From the NCBI GenBank assembly GCA_964349715.1, contig CAYGHR010000004.1, forward strand, positions 1 through 45,152: a stretch of 45,152 nucleotides of DNA, given 5' to 3'. Position 1 is the first letter of the stretch. Each line of letters begins with the position of its first letter. This DNA comes from an uncultured Peptococcaceae bacterium (GTDB taxonomy: Bacteria; Bacillota; UBA994). This document shows positions 7,390 to 16,592 of the stretch, piece by piece. The position numbers and the translations under genes are program-made. The notes beneath the pieces were generated by a model. The model saw only the letters and a program-made list of their open reading frames with translations, did no database searches and had not been told where the DNA came from.

Positions 7390-8700
7390 TCAGCTCTCCT
7401 TTTTGCGCGTCAGCAAGCGAATGGACGTACCCGAAAACCCGTATACCTCGCGAATTCGGTTCTCGAGAAAACGGAGGTAACTGAAGTGCATAAGCAAAGG
7501 GTCGTTGACAAAGAACAGAAAGGTGGGTGGCTTGACGTCTGTCTGCGTCACATAGCCAATCTTTAGCTTCTTGCCACGCACCTGCGGCGGAGGAGTCACA
7601 ACTGTGGCCTCGGTAACTAATTCCATCAACATTGAGGTGCGGACACGCTTTGTCTGTTCGGCATGCACGGCAGAAACCAGTTCCAGAATCTTAAGCACCC
7701 GTTGCCCGGTCTTCGCGGAGACAAAAATGCAGGGCGCATAATCGGCAAACTGAACTTCAGCGTACATTTCTTGCTTAAACTTGTCGGCAGTCCAGTCATC
7801 CTTGGCAACGAGGTCCCATTTATTGACGACAAAGATGATGCCTTTGCCCTTTTCATGCGCGTAGCCGATAATCTTCTTGTCTTGCTCAAGGACACCTTCC
7901 GTAGCGTCTAGGACCATCAGACAAATGTCAGCCTTGTCGACCGCGCGCAGACTGCGCATGACGCTGTAGCGTTCGATGTTTTCTTTGACCTTAGCCTGCT
8001 TGCGCAGGCCCGCCGTATCGACGATCACATACTTGCTGTCTCCTCGCTCAAAATATGTATCGACGGCATCCCGCGTTGTACCGGCGATATCGCTGACAAT
8101 AACGCGGTCTTCTCCGAGGACGGTATTGACAAGGGACGACTTCCCAACATTAGGACGCCCCATCACGGTGAGTTTTATTACGTCGTCACCGTAGCCGGGC
8201 TCCTCGGCTACCGGGAGCCGCGCCACAATGAGGTCAAGGAGGTCGCCGATGTTCATGCCATTAGCGGCGGAGATGGGCATAGGTTCGCCTAGGCCGAGCC
8301 TGAAGAAGTCCGTGGCGTGCGCAAAGAGCGCCGACACGTCGAGCTTGTTCACCACTACTAGAACAGGCTTTTGCGTATGTCGCAGAATGCGTGCTACTTC
8401 TTCGTCGGCGGCCGTCACACCTTGTCGGCCATCGACGAGGAAGACGATTAAGTCGGCCTCATCAATCGCAACCTCTGCCTGCAGGCGCATTTGCTTGAAC
8501 AAAACGTCTTCCGATAGGGTGTCGATGCCTCCGGTGTCTACTAGCGTAAACCGCCGACCTGTCCACTCCACCTCTGCGTAGAGGCGGTCGCGTGTAACTC
8601 CCGGCGTGTCTTCCACGATGGAGATTCGTTTGCCCACTAAGTAGTTAAACAAGGTCGACTTCCCCACATTGGGTCGGCCGACGATAGCGACAAAGGCCAT
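7390..8700 (-). CDS. der: ribosome-biogenesis GTPase Der (EngA), two G domains
   Basis: Two GRPNVGKS P-loops, DTGG/DTAG and NKxD motifs, and a KH-like C-terminus. Start at ATG 8700 after SD GAGAGGGGAG; the ORF-track extension to 8754 overlaps the upstream gene. Confidence 0.95.
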   Translation of the reverse strand: MAFVAIVGRPNVGKSTLFNYLVGKRISIVEDTPGVTRDRLYAEVEWTGRRFTLVDTGGIDTLSEDVLFKQMRLQAEVAIDEADLIVFLVDGRQGVTAADEEVARILRHTQKPVLVVVNKLDVSALFAHATDFFRLGLGEPMPISAANGMNIGDLLDLIVARLPVAEEPGYGDDVIKLTVMGRPNVGKSSLVNTVLGEDRVIVSDIAGTTRDAVDTYFERGDSKYVIVDTAGLRKQAKVKENIERYSVMRSLRAVDKADICLMVLDATEGVLEQDKKIIGYAHEKGKGIIFVVNKWDLVAKDDWTADKFKQEMYAEVQFADYAPCIFVSAKTGQRVLKILELVSAVHAEQTKRVRTSMLMELVTEATVVTPPPQVRGKKLKIGYVTQTDVKPPTFLFFVNDPLLMHFSYLRFLENRIREVYGFSGTSIRLLTRKKES

Positions 8701-8705
8701 CGCGT

Positions 8706-10040
8706 TCACTCCCCTCTCGTCATGCGTGCCAGATCTTTCCCGTGCGTTGGACAAACCGTCAGTGCAAGATGCGGGAAACTCGAACTTAACGCCCTGAATG
8801 TTAGGTTATCAAGAAAAGCGCCGGCGCGCAAACAAATATCGGGAATAAGCACTTTCGTGCCGGGTTTAAGCGTCGCACGCTCCAAGGCGGCCCTAATGTC
8901 CTCCCCGCCCAGCAACCCCGTTACGGTAACCTGTCCGCCAAAGAGCTCATTGCCGGCCACCACTATGTCCGCCGCCCCGCCGTCAAGGTTCACCCTGTGC
9001 TGCAGACTGCGCATCACGAACTGTGCGCTCTCGCCGGTGACCCAAGTGACTGGGTCTCTGCGCTCAACCTTGTGCTTCCCTCGCGCCCATTCACCGTAAA
9101 AATCGTCCACAAACGAACGGCACAAGCCCACTCCGTTCTCTAGTTGCGGATAGTCATCGTACCACGTATGCCGGGGAAATCCTGCGTGCGCCAACACATA
9201 GAACTCGTCTGCGGCATAGACCACGGTCGCGCCGTGTTTGCGCCGCATGCGCCGGCCAAAACCCGTCACCTCGCCTAGGACCGCACGCGCCGAGTCAGCG
9301 CTATAGCCGACAAGGCTCGCCAGACCGGAGCGGTGGCCCGTGAGACCGACCGGGACTACACCCACGGATTGCACCCCGGGGTACAGCAGAGTAAGGTCAC
9401 GCAAACTCCTTTTTAGCTCCTCCCCATCGTTAAGGCCCGGCACCAGCACAAGTTGAGCGTGAACAGCGATGCCTTGCGCCACAAGCTCCCTTATCTGCTC
9501 CATAACAATGGCGGCCCTAGGGTTTTGCATGATGAAAACGCGTAAGTCGGGGTTAGTGCTGTGCACAGACACATAGATAGGTGAAATGCGTTCGGTCAGT
9601 ATGCGCTGCCAGTCCTGTGCGTCGATGTTTGTCAGACTGACAAAGGATCCAAACACGAGCGAAAGCCGATAGTCATCGTCCTTCACGTAGAGCGTGTCGC
9701 GGTGGCCTTTAGGCATCTGCCGCACAAAGCAGAACACGCAGTTGTTCTGGCACGTGTGTATCCTATCTATGGCAGGCGAATCAAATCCGAGGCCAATGTC
9801 CACCCCGGACTCATGCCTGACAATGTAAGTATGCTCTCGTCCATGCTTATCGCGGGCTGCAATACGCATTACCGAAGCAGCTAACGCATGTTTCCAGTCG
9901 ATAATATCCCTTATTGCCCTGCCGTTAACGCTGACAATCCTATGGCCTGCGCAAAGTCCTGCCCGAGCAGCCGGCGAAGCAGGGCAGACCTCCGAAACTA
10001 TGTGCACACAGACCTCCCGCAACGCTTCTTCAGCCCACAT
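8706..10040 (-). CDS. PDZ-domain plus radical-SAM-like protein (DUF512 family), function unknown
   Basis: N-terminal PDZ-like segment (SPAARAGL..GD.I.SVNG). CxxxCxxC cluster CQNNCVFC at 9729-9752. I recall this architecture and its position just upstream of der from DUF512 proteins of Clostridia. Confidence 0.75.
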   Translation of the reverse strand: MWAEEALREVCVHIVSEVCPASPAARAGLCAGHRIVSVNGRAIRDIIDWKHALAASVMRIAARDKHGREHTYIVRHESGVDIGLGFDSPAIDRIHTCQNNCVFCFVRQMPKGHRDTLYVKDDDYRLSLVFGSFVSLTNIDAQDWQRILTERISPIYVSVHSTNPDLRVFIMQNPRAAIVMEQIRELVAQGIAVHAQLVLVPGLNDGEELKRSLRDLTLLYPGVQSVGVVPVGLTGHRSGLASLVGYSADSARAVLGEVTGFGRRMRRKHGATVVYAADEFYVLAHAGFPRHTWYDDYPQLENGVGLCRSFVDDFYGEWARGKHKVERRDPVTWVTGESAQFVMRSLQHRVNLDGGAADIVVAGNELFGGQVTVTGLLGGEDIRAALERATLKPGTKVLIPDICLRAGAFLDNLTFRALSSSFPHLALTVCPTHGKDLARMTRGE

Positions 10041-10063
10041 TATCCCCCACTGCCCAAGCTACG

Positions 10064-10522
10064 TCAAGTCCGACAAAGAGCCTTGACTTCGCTTGCCAAG
10101 CGCACATAGCAGTCGTACCGGGCTAGTATTCCATACACGCACATAGGACGCCCTAGGCTCACGCACCCGCACCGCCGCGACAAGAACCCGCCAAACCGCA
10201 CCCATAGGCTAATGCACTGCAGAGCGTCCACAAAGCACAGAGCGTCCGCACTCACCCCGCTCGCCTGGAGCACTAAGCGGAGAGCGGCGAGAGTTGTCCC
10301 CCGACTAGGTCCGAGTCCGGCCACGTACACGCTGTTGCCGTACTCGTCCTCCCCAAATCTAAGCACGCGACCTAGCTCCCGCGAGGAACCCCGGTCAAAG
10401 TTCGGCAGGGAGAGTATCTCGCGTGCTGACGGACGCGAGATAGTTGGGAGCAAACCTACATGGATGCCGGCCGCGGTAACCGAAGTATGTGCGCCCGCAT
10501 AGCAGCAGTAGATAACCTCCAC
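10064..10522 (-). CDS. DUF3189-family protein, function unknown
   Basis: 152 aa. N-terminus MEVIYCCYAGAHTSVTAAGIHVGLLP matches my memory of the DUF3189 signature. The GTG start overlaps the upstream TAG stop by 1 nt. Confidence 0.7.
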   Translation of the reverse strand: MEVIYCCYAGAHTSVTAAGIHVGLLPTISRPSAREILSLPNFDRGSSRELGRVLRFGEDEYGNSVYVAGLGPSRGTTLAALRLVLQASGVSADALCFVDALQCISLWVRFGGFLSRRCGCVSLGRPMCVYGILARYDCYVRLASEVKALCRT

Positions 10523-10896
10523 TATAGGCTGTATTCCCGCGCCAGCTCATAGCGGAGTAACCACTTCTGCTTGGGGAAGTGGGCAAACAGCAGGAACCGG
10601 AGCCTGCAAAAGGGGCCTTCTTTAGCTAATAGCGGGCGCAAGTGCTGTGCACCCCAGATAACCGCCGCTCCTTCCATTAGACGTTGGGCAATCCCTCCGG
10701 TGGTGCCGCTGTTCATGCACACAACACCGCCACCCCTCTCAGGGCCGTAAAGGCATATAAAGCGCCCAGGCCTGCTTATCGCAGGCCATTGTCTAGGCAA
10801 CTCCGTGAGCATCCGCTCATCGTCATAAATACACCTGAGCCCGACAATTAAAGCGGCGACCCCCGCACCGCTATGGACGAGGAGGGTGTCCGTCAT
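10522..10896 (-). CDS. divergent DUF3189-like paralogue, function unknown
   Basis: About 124 aa from ATG 10896. It has a degenerate version of the neighbour's N-terminal motif (LLVHSGAGVAALIVGL). The start is uncertain (no clear SD) and lies inside the last 26 nt of spoIIP. Confidence 0.5.
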   Translation of the reverse strand: MTDTLLVHSGAGVAALIVGLRCIYDDERMLTELPRQWPAISRPGRFICLYGPERGGGVVCMNSGTTGGIAQRLMEGAAVIWGAQHLRPLLAKEGPFCRLRFLLFAHFPKQKWLLRYELAREYSL

Positions 10897-12067
10897 CACC
10901 GTCGCCACGGTTCTTTCGGCGCGACCCAAGAAACTCACTGCCAACAAACTGCCGCACCTTTTCTTTCATCTCGTTGATGCTGCCTGTACTTAGAAAGAGG
11001 TAAGCGACGCCCCCAACCAGTAAGAGCCCCAGGATGAATAGGAGGCTAGTGCGGGCGGCACTTCCCTCGCGCGCAAAACCCGCGGCGCTGTCTGGGGCAG
11101 CACCACCGAGATACGCAGCCACTACCTCGGCAAACAATGCGGCCCCATCTTTGGCCTCGGCGCGAGTGCTCTTGTGCGTACCCATCTCCAGTAGTACGGC
11201 GCGCGGATGTAGCTCCTGATTGTAGCTACCACGCCCAAAGAAGATGCCCTTCACCAGTCCCGGGAAGCGCTTGTCGGCCGCCGCCTTTAGCTCCTGAGCA
11301 AACTGTTTGTTCGCGCGCATATTAGGGTTCTGGCGTCCTACCACTAGTTGGACTTGAGCGAGCTCGCGCCCTTTTACCCTAGCGGTGTAGAACCGCCTCT
11401 CCAAAGCGTCGCGATGCACATCGAGCAGGGCCTGCGGCTGGTTCTGCCGCATTAGGCTTACCGCTGTGCGACGCGAGCGCTGATACGCCAATTTGTCATG
11501 GGGACAGTGAATGGCTTTGGTGTGTTCCACCTGCACTCCCTGTTCCTTTAGGTCAGCGGTAAACGAGTCCCCTACCCTTAATATGCCTCCGTTAGCGCGA
11601 ATACTCGAAGCCCCGTCACTAGGCCGATAGGACTCAGCGCTGTGAGTGTGATAGACGGCAACGCGCACTTCGCGCTCGGCCGCTTGGGCAAGCGGAAGCG
11701 AGCCCACGTCAGCCCTGCCGAACTGCTCGAGAAACGCCGGGAACCATGCCGATGGTTCTGCTACGGCCTCGGTCCGCAAGAGCTTCGCTTCTGCACGAAA
11801 GCCATCAACGGCCGTGACTTCAAATATACGGTTATCCGGGGTCTGACACATATCGCCCACATAGACCATGCGCGCGGTATGGAACACCTCTTCTCCCGTT
11901 TGCGCGTCCACTATGGTGAAGTACTTGCCTTCCGGGGCGTCTTCTTCCCAATCCGGCACAACCGCGCCTCGCCAGAGGTGAGGCGAAAACCACCACGGCT
12001 CCGTGACTAATGCCAGTACAAGCGCACACACCAGGAGGAAATAGGCGGCGACGATCCTACGACTCAC
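10871..12067 (-). CDS. spoIIP: stage II sporulation protein P (engulfment amidase/endopeptidase)
   Basis: N-terminal TM segment, then VAVYHTHSAESY and later GRQN/LLE.G motifs typical of SpoIIP. It also has an extra C-terminal TM segment. Confidence 0.85.
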   Translation of the reverse strand: MSRRIVAAYFLLVCALVLALVTEPWWFSPHLWRGAVVPDWEEDAPEGKYFTIVDAQTGEEVFHTARMVYVGDMCQTPDNRIFEVTAVDGFRAEAKLLRTEAVAEPSAWFPAFLEQFGRADVGSLPLAQAAEREVRVAVYHTHSAESYRPSDGASSIRANGGILRVGDSFTADLKEQGVQVEHTKAIHCPHDKLAYQRSRRTAVSLMRQNQPQALLDVHRDALERRFYTARVKGRELAQVQLVVGRQNPNMRANKQFAQELKAAADKRFPGLVKGIFFGRGSYNQELHPRAVLLEMGTHKSTRAEAKDGAALFAEVVAAYLGGAAPDSAAGFAREGSAARTSLLFILGLLLVGGVAYLFLSTGSINEMKEKVRQFVGSEFLGSRRKNRGDGDDGHPPRP

Positions 12068-12734
12068 TGCTATCTCTCCCTTCCGGACGCGTCAATTCCT
12101 GTGGTCTATCAGGCGTGATCTTGGCCGGCCCACCTTGTATTTTTTCGCGTGTCTCTCCTATGAGTTCTGCCAACAAGACGGCAATCAGGCCAGCTAAAAC
12201 AACCGTGTCAAAAATGCCTGTGCCGCCGATGGTGGTCATCCCCTCAAAAGGGCCTATATACAGCTGCACGCCGTAGATTAGATCGTTGAGGACCACGCCT
12301 AAAACCCCGGCGATGAAAGATCCGCGCCGCGAGCGTCCGAACAAGTAGGCGGTGATGCCTGCAATCAAAGCGAACATGTAGATTGGGTCAAGCAACATGT
12401 GCTTTTCCGTAGGCAAATAGGCGGAAACCAAGTAAATGGCCGTTGTGGTGGCAATAATGGCCAACACAGTGCGCCACCGTTCTTTGGCAGTTCCCGCCGT
12501 GACAAAAAGATACAAACTAATGCCAATCGGGATTAGGCCGCCACCGACGTTGATGGACAGCGTTGGCCCGAGCGGCAAGTCCGGCAGAAATCCCCCCACT
12601 AACATTGCCAACACAAGCATCAGCGCGGTTCTGTCATTCATCTTCATGCGATCTAAAACGCGCTGCGCGACGCCGCTCAAGATCAGGATAGTCACAATCA
12701 CTAAGGCAATTAGACCAATCGGTAGATCCAGCAA
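12057..12734 (-). CDS. polytopic membrane protein of unknown function (possibly DUF1614 family)
   Basis: 225 aa with about 6 hydrophobic segments. TTG start after SD GAAAGGAG. Its 3' end overlaps the spoIIP start by 11 nt, so the two are co-transcribed. The family name is from memory only. Confidence 0.6.
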   Translation of the reverse strand: MLDLPIGLIALVIVTILILSGVAQRVLDRMKMNDRTALMLVLAMLVGGFLPDLPLGPTLSINVGGGLIPIGISLYLFVTAGTAKERWRTVLAIIATTTAIYLVSAYLPTEKHMLLDPIYMFALIAGITAYLFGRSRRGSFIAGVLGVVLNDLIYGVQLYIGPFEGMTTIGGTGIFDTVVLAGLIAVLLAELIGETREKIQGGPAKITPDRPQELTRPEGRDSSES

Positions 12735-12802
12735 GGTATCGCTCCTTTCTCAAGCTAGCTCAAATGTCTTTGCACCTCACAGGTAGTGTGCCCGAGTTCA
12801 TG

Positions 12803-12848
12803 AAAAACAAAATTAGGCCCCAGAGTGCTCCGCACCTTGAGGCCTAAT
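12803..12848 (-). terminator. Rho-independent terminator after ispH-S1
   Basis: The - strand reads ATTAGGCC...GGCCTAAT (8-bp outer stem with partly paired interior), followed by TTTGTTTTT. Confidence 0.7.
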
Positions 12849-12881
12849 CTCTACTGTCGGTTGGCTATCTACCTTACGGGT

Positions 12882-14975
12882 CTACTTCTTTTCTTTAAGT
12901 AGCTCCCCAAATACGTCACCTAACGTGACCTTGCTCTCCTCACGATAGCTGTGGTTGCGGTCGTCGCGGCCTCGCCTCTCGCCCCTGTCGCGGCGCTCAC
13001 CACGTTCGCCACGCTCAGTCCGCTCAGGGCGGTCCTGTTGCGGGCGATCTTGCGCCTCTTTAATCGACAGACTGACGCGATGTTCCGCGGGCACAATCGA
13101 GAGTATCTTGACGGTTACTTGGTCGCCTGGTCTTACAGCGTCCTCAGTCTTCTCCACGCGCTCATACGCGAGCTGGGAGATATGCACCAGTCCCTCGATG
13201 CCGGGCGCAATCTCGACAAAAGCTCCAAAACTCGCGGTACGCACCACGCGGCCGGGGACTATCGCTCCCGGAGTAAACAGATCCGTTATCTTGTTCCACG
13301 GATCGCCTTCTCCCTGCTTAATGGAGAGCGAGACGCGGCCCTTTTCGCGGTCGACACCGAGAATCTTGACCCTTACCTCTTGCCCTACCGTTAGAGCCTC
13401 TTGAGGGTGGCTGACGCGCTGCCAAGCGATTTCGGATACATGCACAAGCCCGTCTACGCCTCCCAGATCAACAAAGGCACCAAAATCCGTGAGCCGCTGC
13501 ACGACGCCGGCACGGATATGCCCTGGGACAAGTCCTTCCCACGTCTGGGATGTGAGCTCCTCAGTCTTTTTCTCGAGGGCTTCCTTGCGCGACACCACTA
13601 CCCTGCGGCGTGGCTCCTCAATCTCCTTAACCAAGACAGATACAGTCTGGCCGATATAGGCAGTGAGGTCGGGCACATAGCGCAAGTCAACATGGGACGC
13701 GGGCATAAAGGCCTTTATTCCAAGCACATCTACCATGACCCCGCCCTTGACGGCTTCGACTATCTTCCCTTGCAGGATGGCCCCGCTTTCGCGAGCAGTC
13801 CTAAGGTCTTTCATGCCCTGCTCCTCAACCGCACGGCGCTTAGAGAGAAAGATCTTATCTTCCTTGCCATCGATGCGCAGGACCACGGCACTAATAGTCT
13901 CCCCGATGGGGCACATTTCAGCGGGGTTAAAGTTGGGGTCATGGCTTAGTTCGCTCTTGCTTATGTACCCCTCTGATTTTTGTCCGATATCCACTAGGAC
14001 ACCTTCCGCATCCGCGCCGACGACTCTCCCCTCCACGATTTGTCCGCGTTTGAGAGCAGTAAAGTGAGCGGATTCACTGGCAGCAGTAGTCTCTTCTGCA
14101 GTAGTCTCTTCTGCCGCAGTCTCTTGTACCTCCGGGACCTTGTTTTCCATGTTCTCCATTGCGACGACGACCTCCTTAATGATCCATTCAGGGGTGGAAG
14201 CACCTGCAGCCACACCAGCAACTCGCTTATTGATAAACCATGCCGGATCTAACTGGTCAGGTGTTTCGACCTGATAGGTGGGAGTGCCTACCCGGCTACA
14301 AACAGCGGCGAGGTTCTTGGTGTTGGCACTATTATTCCCACCCACGATTACCATTATATCTACTTGTGCGGCTAATTGATAGGTGGCAGTTTGTCTTTCT
14401 TGCGTGGCCAAACAAATAGTCTTAACGGGTTTCACTTCACGGCCGCTATGGCGCAGATGGTCGGCTACTGCCTGCCACGTCTCCACAGGGGTAGTCGTTT
14501 GCGCGAGTACCGCTACCCTATGCGCGAGTTGCACCGCTGCAAGTTCCGTAAAGTCTCGCACCACACATACACTTTCCCCCGCGTGCCCGAGCACTGCCTG
14601 CACCTCCGGGTGCTCGGCATCCCCTACAAGGACTACTCCCCAGCCGTCCGCCACCGCCAGCTTAGCCTCTCGTTGCAGGCGCAATACATGCGGACAGGTG
14701 GCATCGGTTACTTTGAGGTTCTTCTTTCTCGCCACTTCGTAAACGCTCGGCAGTGCCCCGTGACTGCGGATAAGCACCTCGCTCCCGGGAGGCACCTCGG
14801 AAATATCACTCTCAGCCAGTCCGGCCTCCTTTAGTTTGTTGACTACCTGAGGGTTATGCACCACCGGACCTAGGCTGTAACCTCGCCTCGCCGCAACTTC
14901 CTCTGCGAGCTCTAGCGCATGCATGACCCCTCTGCACATACCTGTGGGGCTAGCCACGATCACCCTCACGGGCAT
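12882..14975 (-). CDS. ispH: bifunctional 4-hydroxy-3-methylbut-2-enyl diphosphate reductase (IspH/LytB) / ribosomal protein S1-repeat protein
   Basis: The N-terminal ~285 aa carry the IspH pattern (GMCRGV, HNP, ATCP.V, SSN). They are followed by four S1/OB repeats (G..V.G.V..G..VD.G..G..H.SE). This fusion is common in Clostridia. Confidence 0.92.
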   Translation of the reverse strand: MPVRVIVASPTGMCRGVMHALELAEEVAARRGYSLGPVVHNPQVVNKLKEAGLAESDISEVPPGSEVLIRSHGALPSVYEVARKKNLKVTDATCPHVLRLQREAKLAVADGWGVVLVGDAEHPEVQAVLGHAGESVCVVRDFTELAAVQLAHRVAVLAQTTTPVETWQAVADHLRHSGREVKPVKTICLATQERQTATYQLAAQVDIMVIVGGNNSANTKNLAAVCSRVGTPTYQVETPDQLDPAWFINKRVAGVAAGASTPEWIIKEVVVAMENMENKVPEVQETAAEETTAEETTAASESAHFTALKRGQIVEGRVVGADAEGVLVDIGQKSEGYISKSELSHDPNFNPAEMCPIGETISAVVLRIDGKEDKIFLSKRRAVEEQGMKDLRTARESGAILQGKIVEAVKGGVMVDVLGIKAFMPASHVDLRYVPDLTAYIGQTVSVLVKEIEEPRRRVVVSRKEALEKKTEELTSQTWEGLVPGHIRAGVVQRLTDFGAFVDLGGVDGLVHVSEIAWQRVSHPQEALTVGQEVRVKILGVDREKGRVSLSIKQGEGDPWNKITDLFTPGAIVPGRVVRTASFGAFVEIAPGIEGLVHISQLAYERVEKTEDAVRPGDQVTVKILSIVPAEHRVSLSIKEAQDRPQQDRPERTERGERGERRDRGERRGRDDRNHSYREESKVTLGDVFGELLKEKK

Positions 14976-15550
14976 GTTTCCTTTAGTTCACTGATAATCT
15001 CCATCAGACGGGCGGTGGCTATGCCGCGGTCATACTCCCCTTCCTTACACAAGGAGCGCACGCTCACAGGTTGGCCGAAGACTATTGTGAGCGGGTGGCG
15101 AAGCTTATAGTTCCCGGTAATGGCGGCAGGGACAATGAGACTTTGTGTTCTCTCCGCCAACATTGTCACGCCCTGAAAAGGTGCCTTCGCCTCGCCCGCC
15201 TTACCCCGCGTACCCTCGGGGAAGATGCCCAGTACCCCGCCCCCGCGAAGTAGCAACAAGCTGTGCTTGACAGCCCGTATGTCGGCCTCTCCGCGCTTGA
15301 CTGGGAAGGCGCCCGCGAGGCGCGCTAAGTAGCCGATTATCGGCCACGAAAACACTTCGGCTTTGGCCATAAACTGCACCTGGCGCGGTGTGCCTATCAT
15401 CATTAATACGGGGTCAAACATGTGGATATGATTCGCGCACAAAATTACGCCGCCCGAGCTAGGAATGTTCTCCTGGCCGCTTACGCGTACACGATACAGA
15501 AGACAGAGCAGCCCCACCACTAATGCACGCAAGAAGCTATATGCGGGCAT
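14966..15550 (-). CDS. plsC: 1-acyl-sn-glycerol-3-phosphate acyltransferase
   Basis: NH(x4)D motif (NHIHMFDP) and FPEGTR motif. 194 aa. Its 3' end overlaps the ispH start by 10 nt. Confidence 0.9.
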   Translation of the reverse strand: MPAYSFLRALVVGLLCLLYRVRVSGQENIPSSGGVILCANHIHMFDPVLMMIGTPRQVQFMAKAEVFSWPIIGYLARLAGAFPVKRGEADIRAVKHSLLLLRGGGVLGIFPEGTRGKAGEAKAPFQGVTMLAERTQSLIVPAAITGNYKLRHPLTIVFGQPVSVRSLCKEGEYDRGIATARLMEIISELKETCP

Positions 15551-16592
15551 GTGTTTGTTTAGAGATGATTTCCATAATCGCCTGCACTACTTCTGTAGGA
15601 CTTAGAAAGGTGCAATCAATAGTAACCGCGTCAGACGCCTTTCTCAGGGGCGAGGCATTGCGCGTGCTGTCTTTGCTGTCCCGCTCCATTATTTGCAGAG
15701 CTATATCTGTAAGCGGAGCTAAATGCCCCTGTGACTGCATCTCCAACTGCCTGCGCCGCGCGCGCTCCGCATGGTCAGCGACTAGGAAAATCTTAACGGG
15801 TGCCTGCGGCATCACCTCTGTACCGATGTCCCTGCCCTCCATAACGATGTCGCCATGCTCCGCTATCTCCTGCTGCTTTGCTACCATCAGCTTGCGTATA
15901 GAAGCAAATTGAGCCACGCGCGACACCTCTTGGTTCACTTGCGGCGAGCGGATTTCCTCTCCTAAAGGGTTGCCATTTAAGGTCAGGCGCGAGGCGGCCT
16001 CAAGCGCAAAGTGCAGTTCTTCGAGCACTTGAAGCAAACTCTGCTCATCCTGTAAGTTGATGCCACGCTTTAAAGCTTGCCATGTAAGCGCTCTATACAT
16101 GGCACCGGTATCAAGATGCAAAAGATTCAGCTTCTCCGCTAAGGTCTTAGCGACAGTGCTTTTCCCGGCTCCTGCCGGCCCGTCTATGGCAATACTGAGC
16201 CTACTCCGCGCCCTAGCCCTTAGTGCTAGCTCCGGCCGCAGCACCTGCGCGCCGCGAAGATACAGATGCTTGATCTCCTGCCGGCTAAGACAGGTTTCGG
16301 CATGAACAAGCACACGCACGCAAAGCTCCAAAGCTCCCTCCACGGCAAGCTCTTGTGCGCAGAGCAGTGGCACACGCCTAAGTCCCATGGTGCGTGCGGC
16401 CTGAGCGGGAAAGGCTGCGGTAATGTCAGGTGTTCCCGTAAAGACTATGCTGACTAAGTCCTTTTCCATGAGTTGATTGGCTTCGAGCAAGCTCGTCAGA
16501 AGTTCTTCTGTCGCGCTCAGCACGGCATCTTTCGTGTTAGTTTCGCAAGTAGTGGCTCCCCTAATAGCAATGATAATTTCTCTCACCCACAT
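15537..16592 (-). CDS. cmk: in-frame fusion of AroH-type chorismate mutase and cytidylate kinase
   Basis: aa 1-125 align with B. subtilis AroH as I recall it (IRGATT, TPD..A.FPA.AAR, VLRP.L). From aa ~133 the sequence is Cmk (IAIDGPAGAGKST, DTGAMYRA, GRD.GT.V.P.A..K.FL.A). There is no stop or frame change between the two parts. The start is ATG 16592 or TTG 16595. Confidence 0.85.
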   Translation of the reverse strand: MWVREIIIAIRGATTCETNTKDAVLSATEELLTSLLEANQLMEKDLVSIVFTGTPDITAAFPAQAARTMGLRRVPLLCAQELAVEGALELCVRVLVHAETCLSRQEIKHLYLRGAQVLRPELALRARARSRLSIAIDGPAGAGKSTVAKTLAEKLNLLHLDTGAMYRALTWQALKRGINLQDEQSLLQVLEELHFALEAASRLTLNGNPLGEEIRSPQVNQEVSRVAQFASIRKLMVAKQQEIAEHGDIVMEGRDIGTEVMPQAPVKIFLVADHAERARRRQLEMQSQGHLAPLTDIALQIMERDSKDSTRNASPLRKASDAVTIDCTFLSPTEVVQAIMEIISKQTHARI

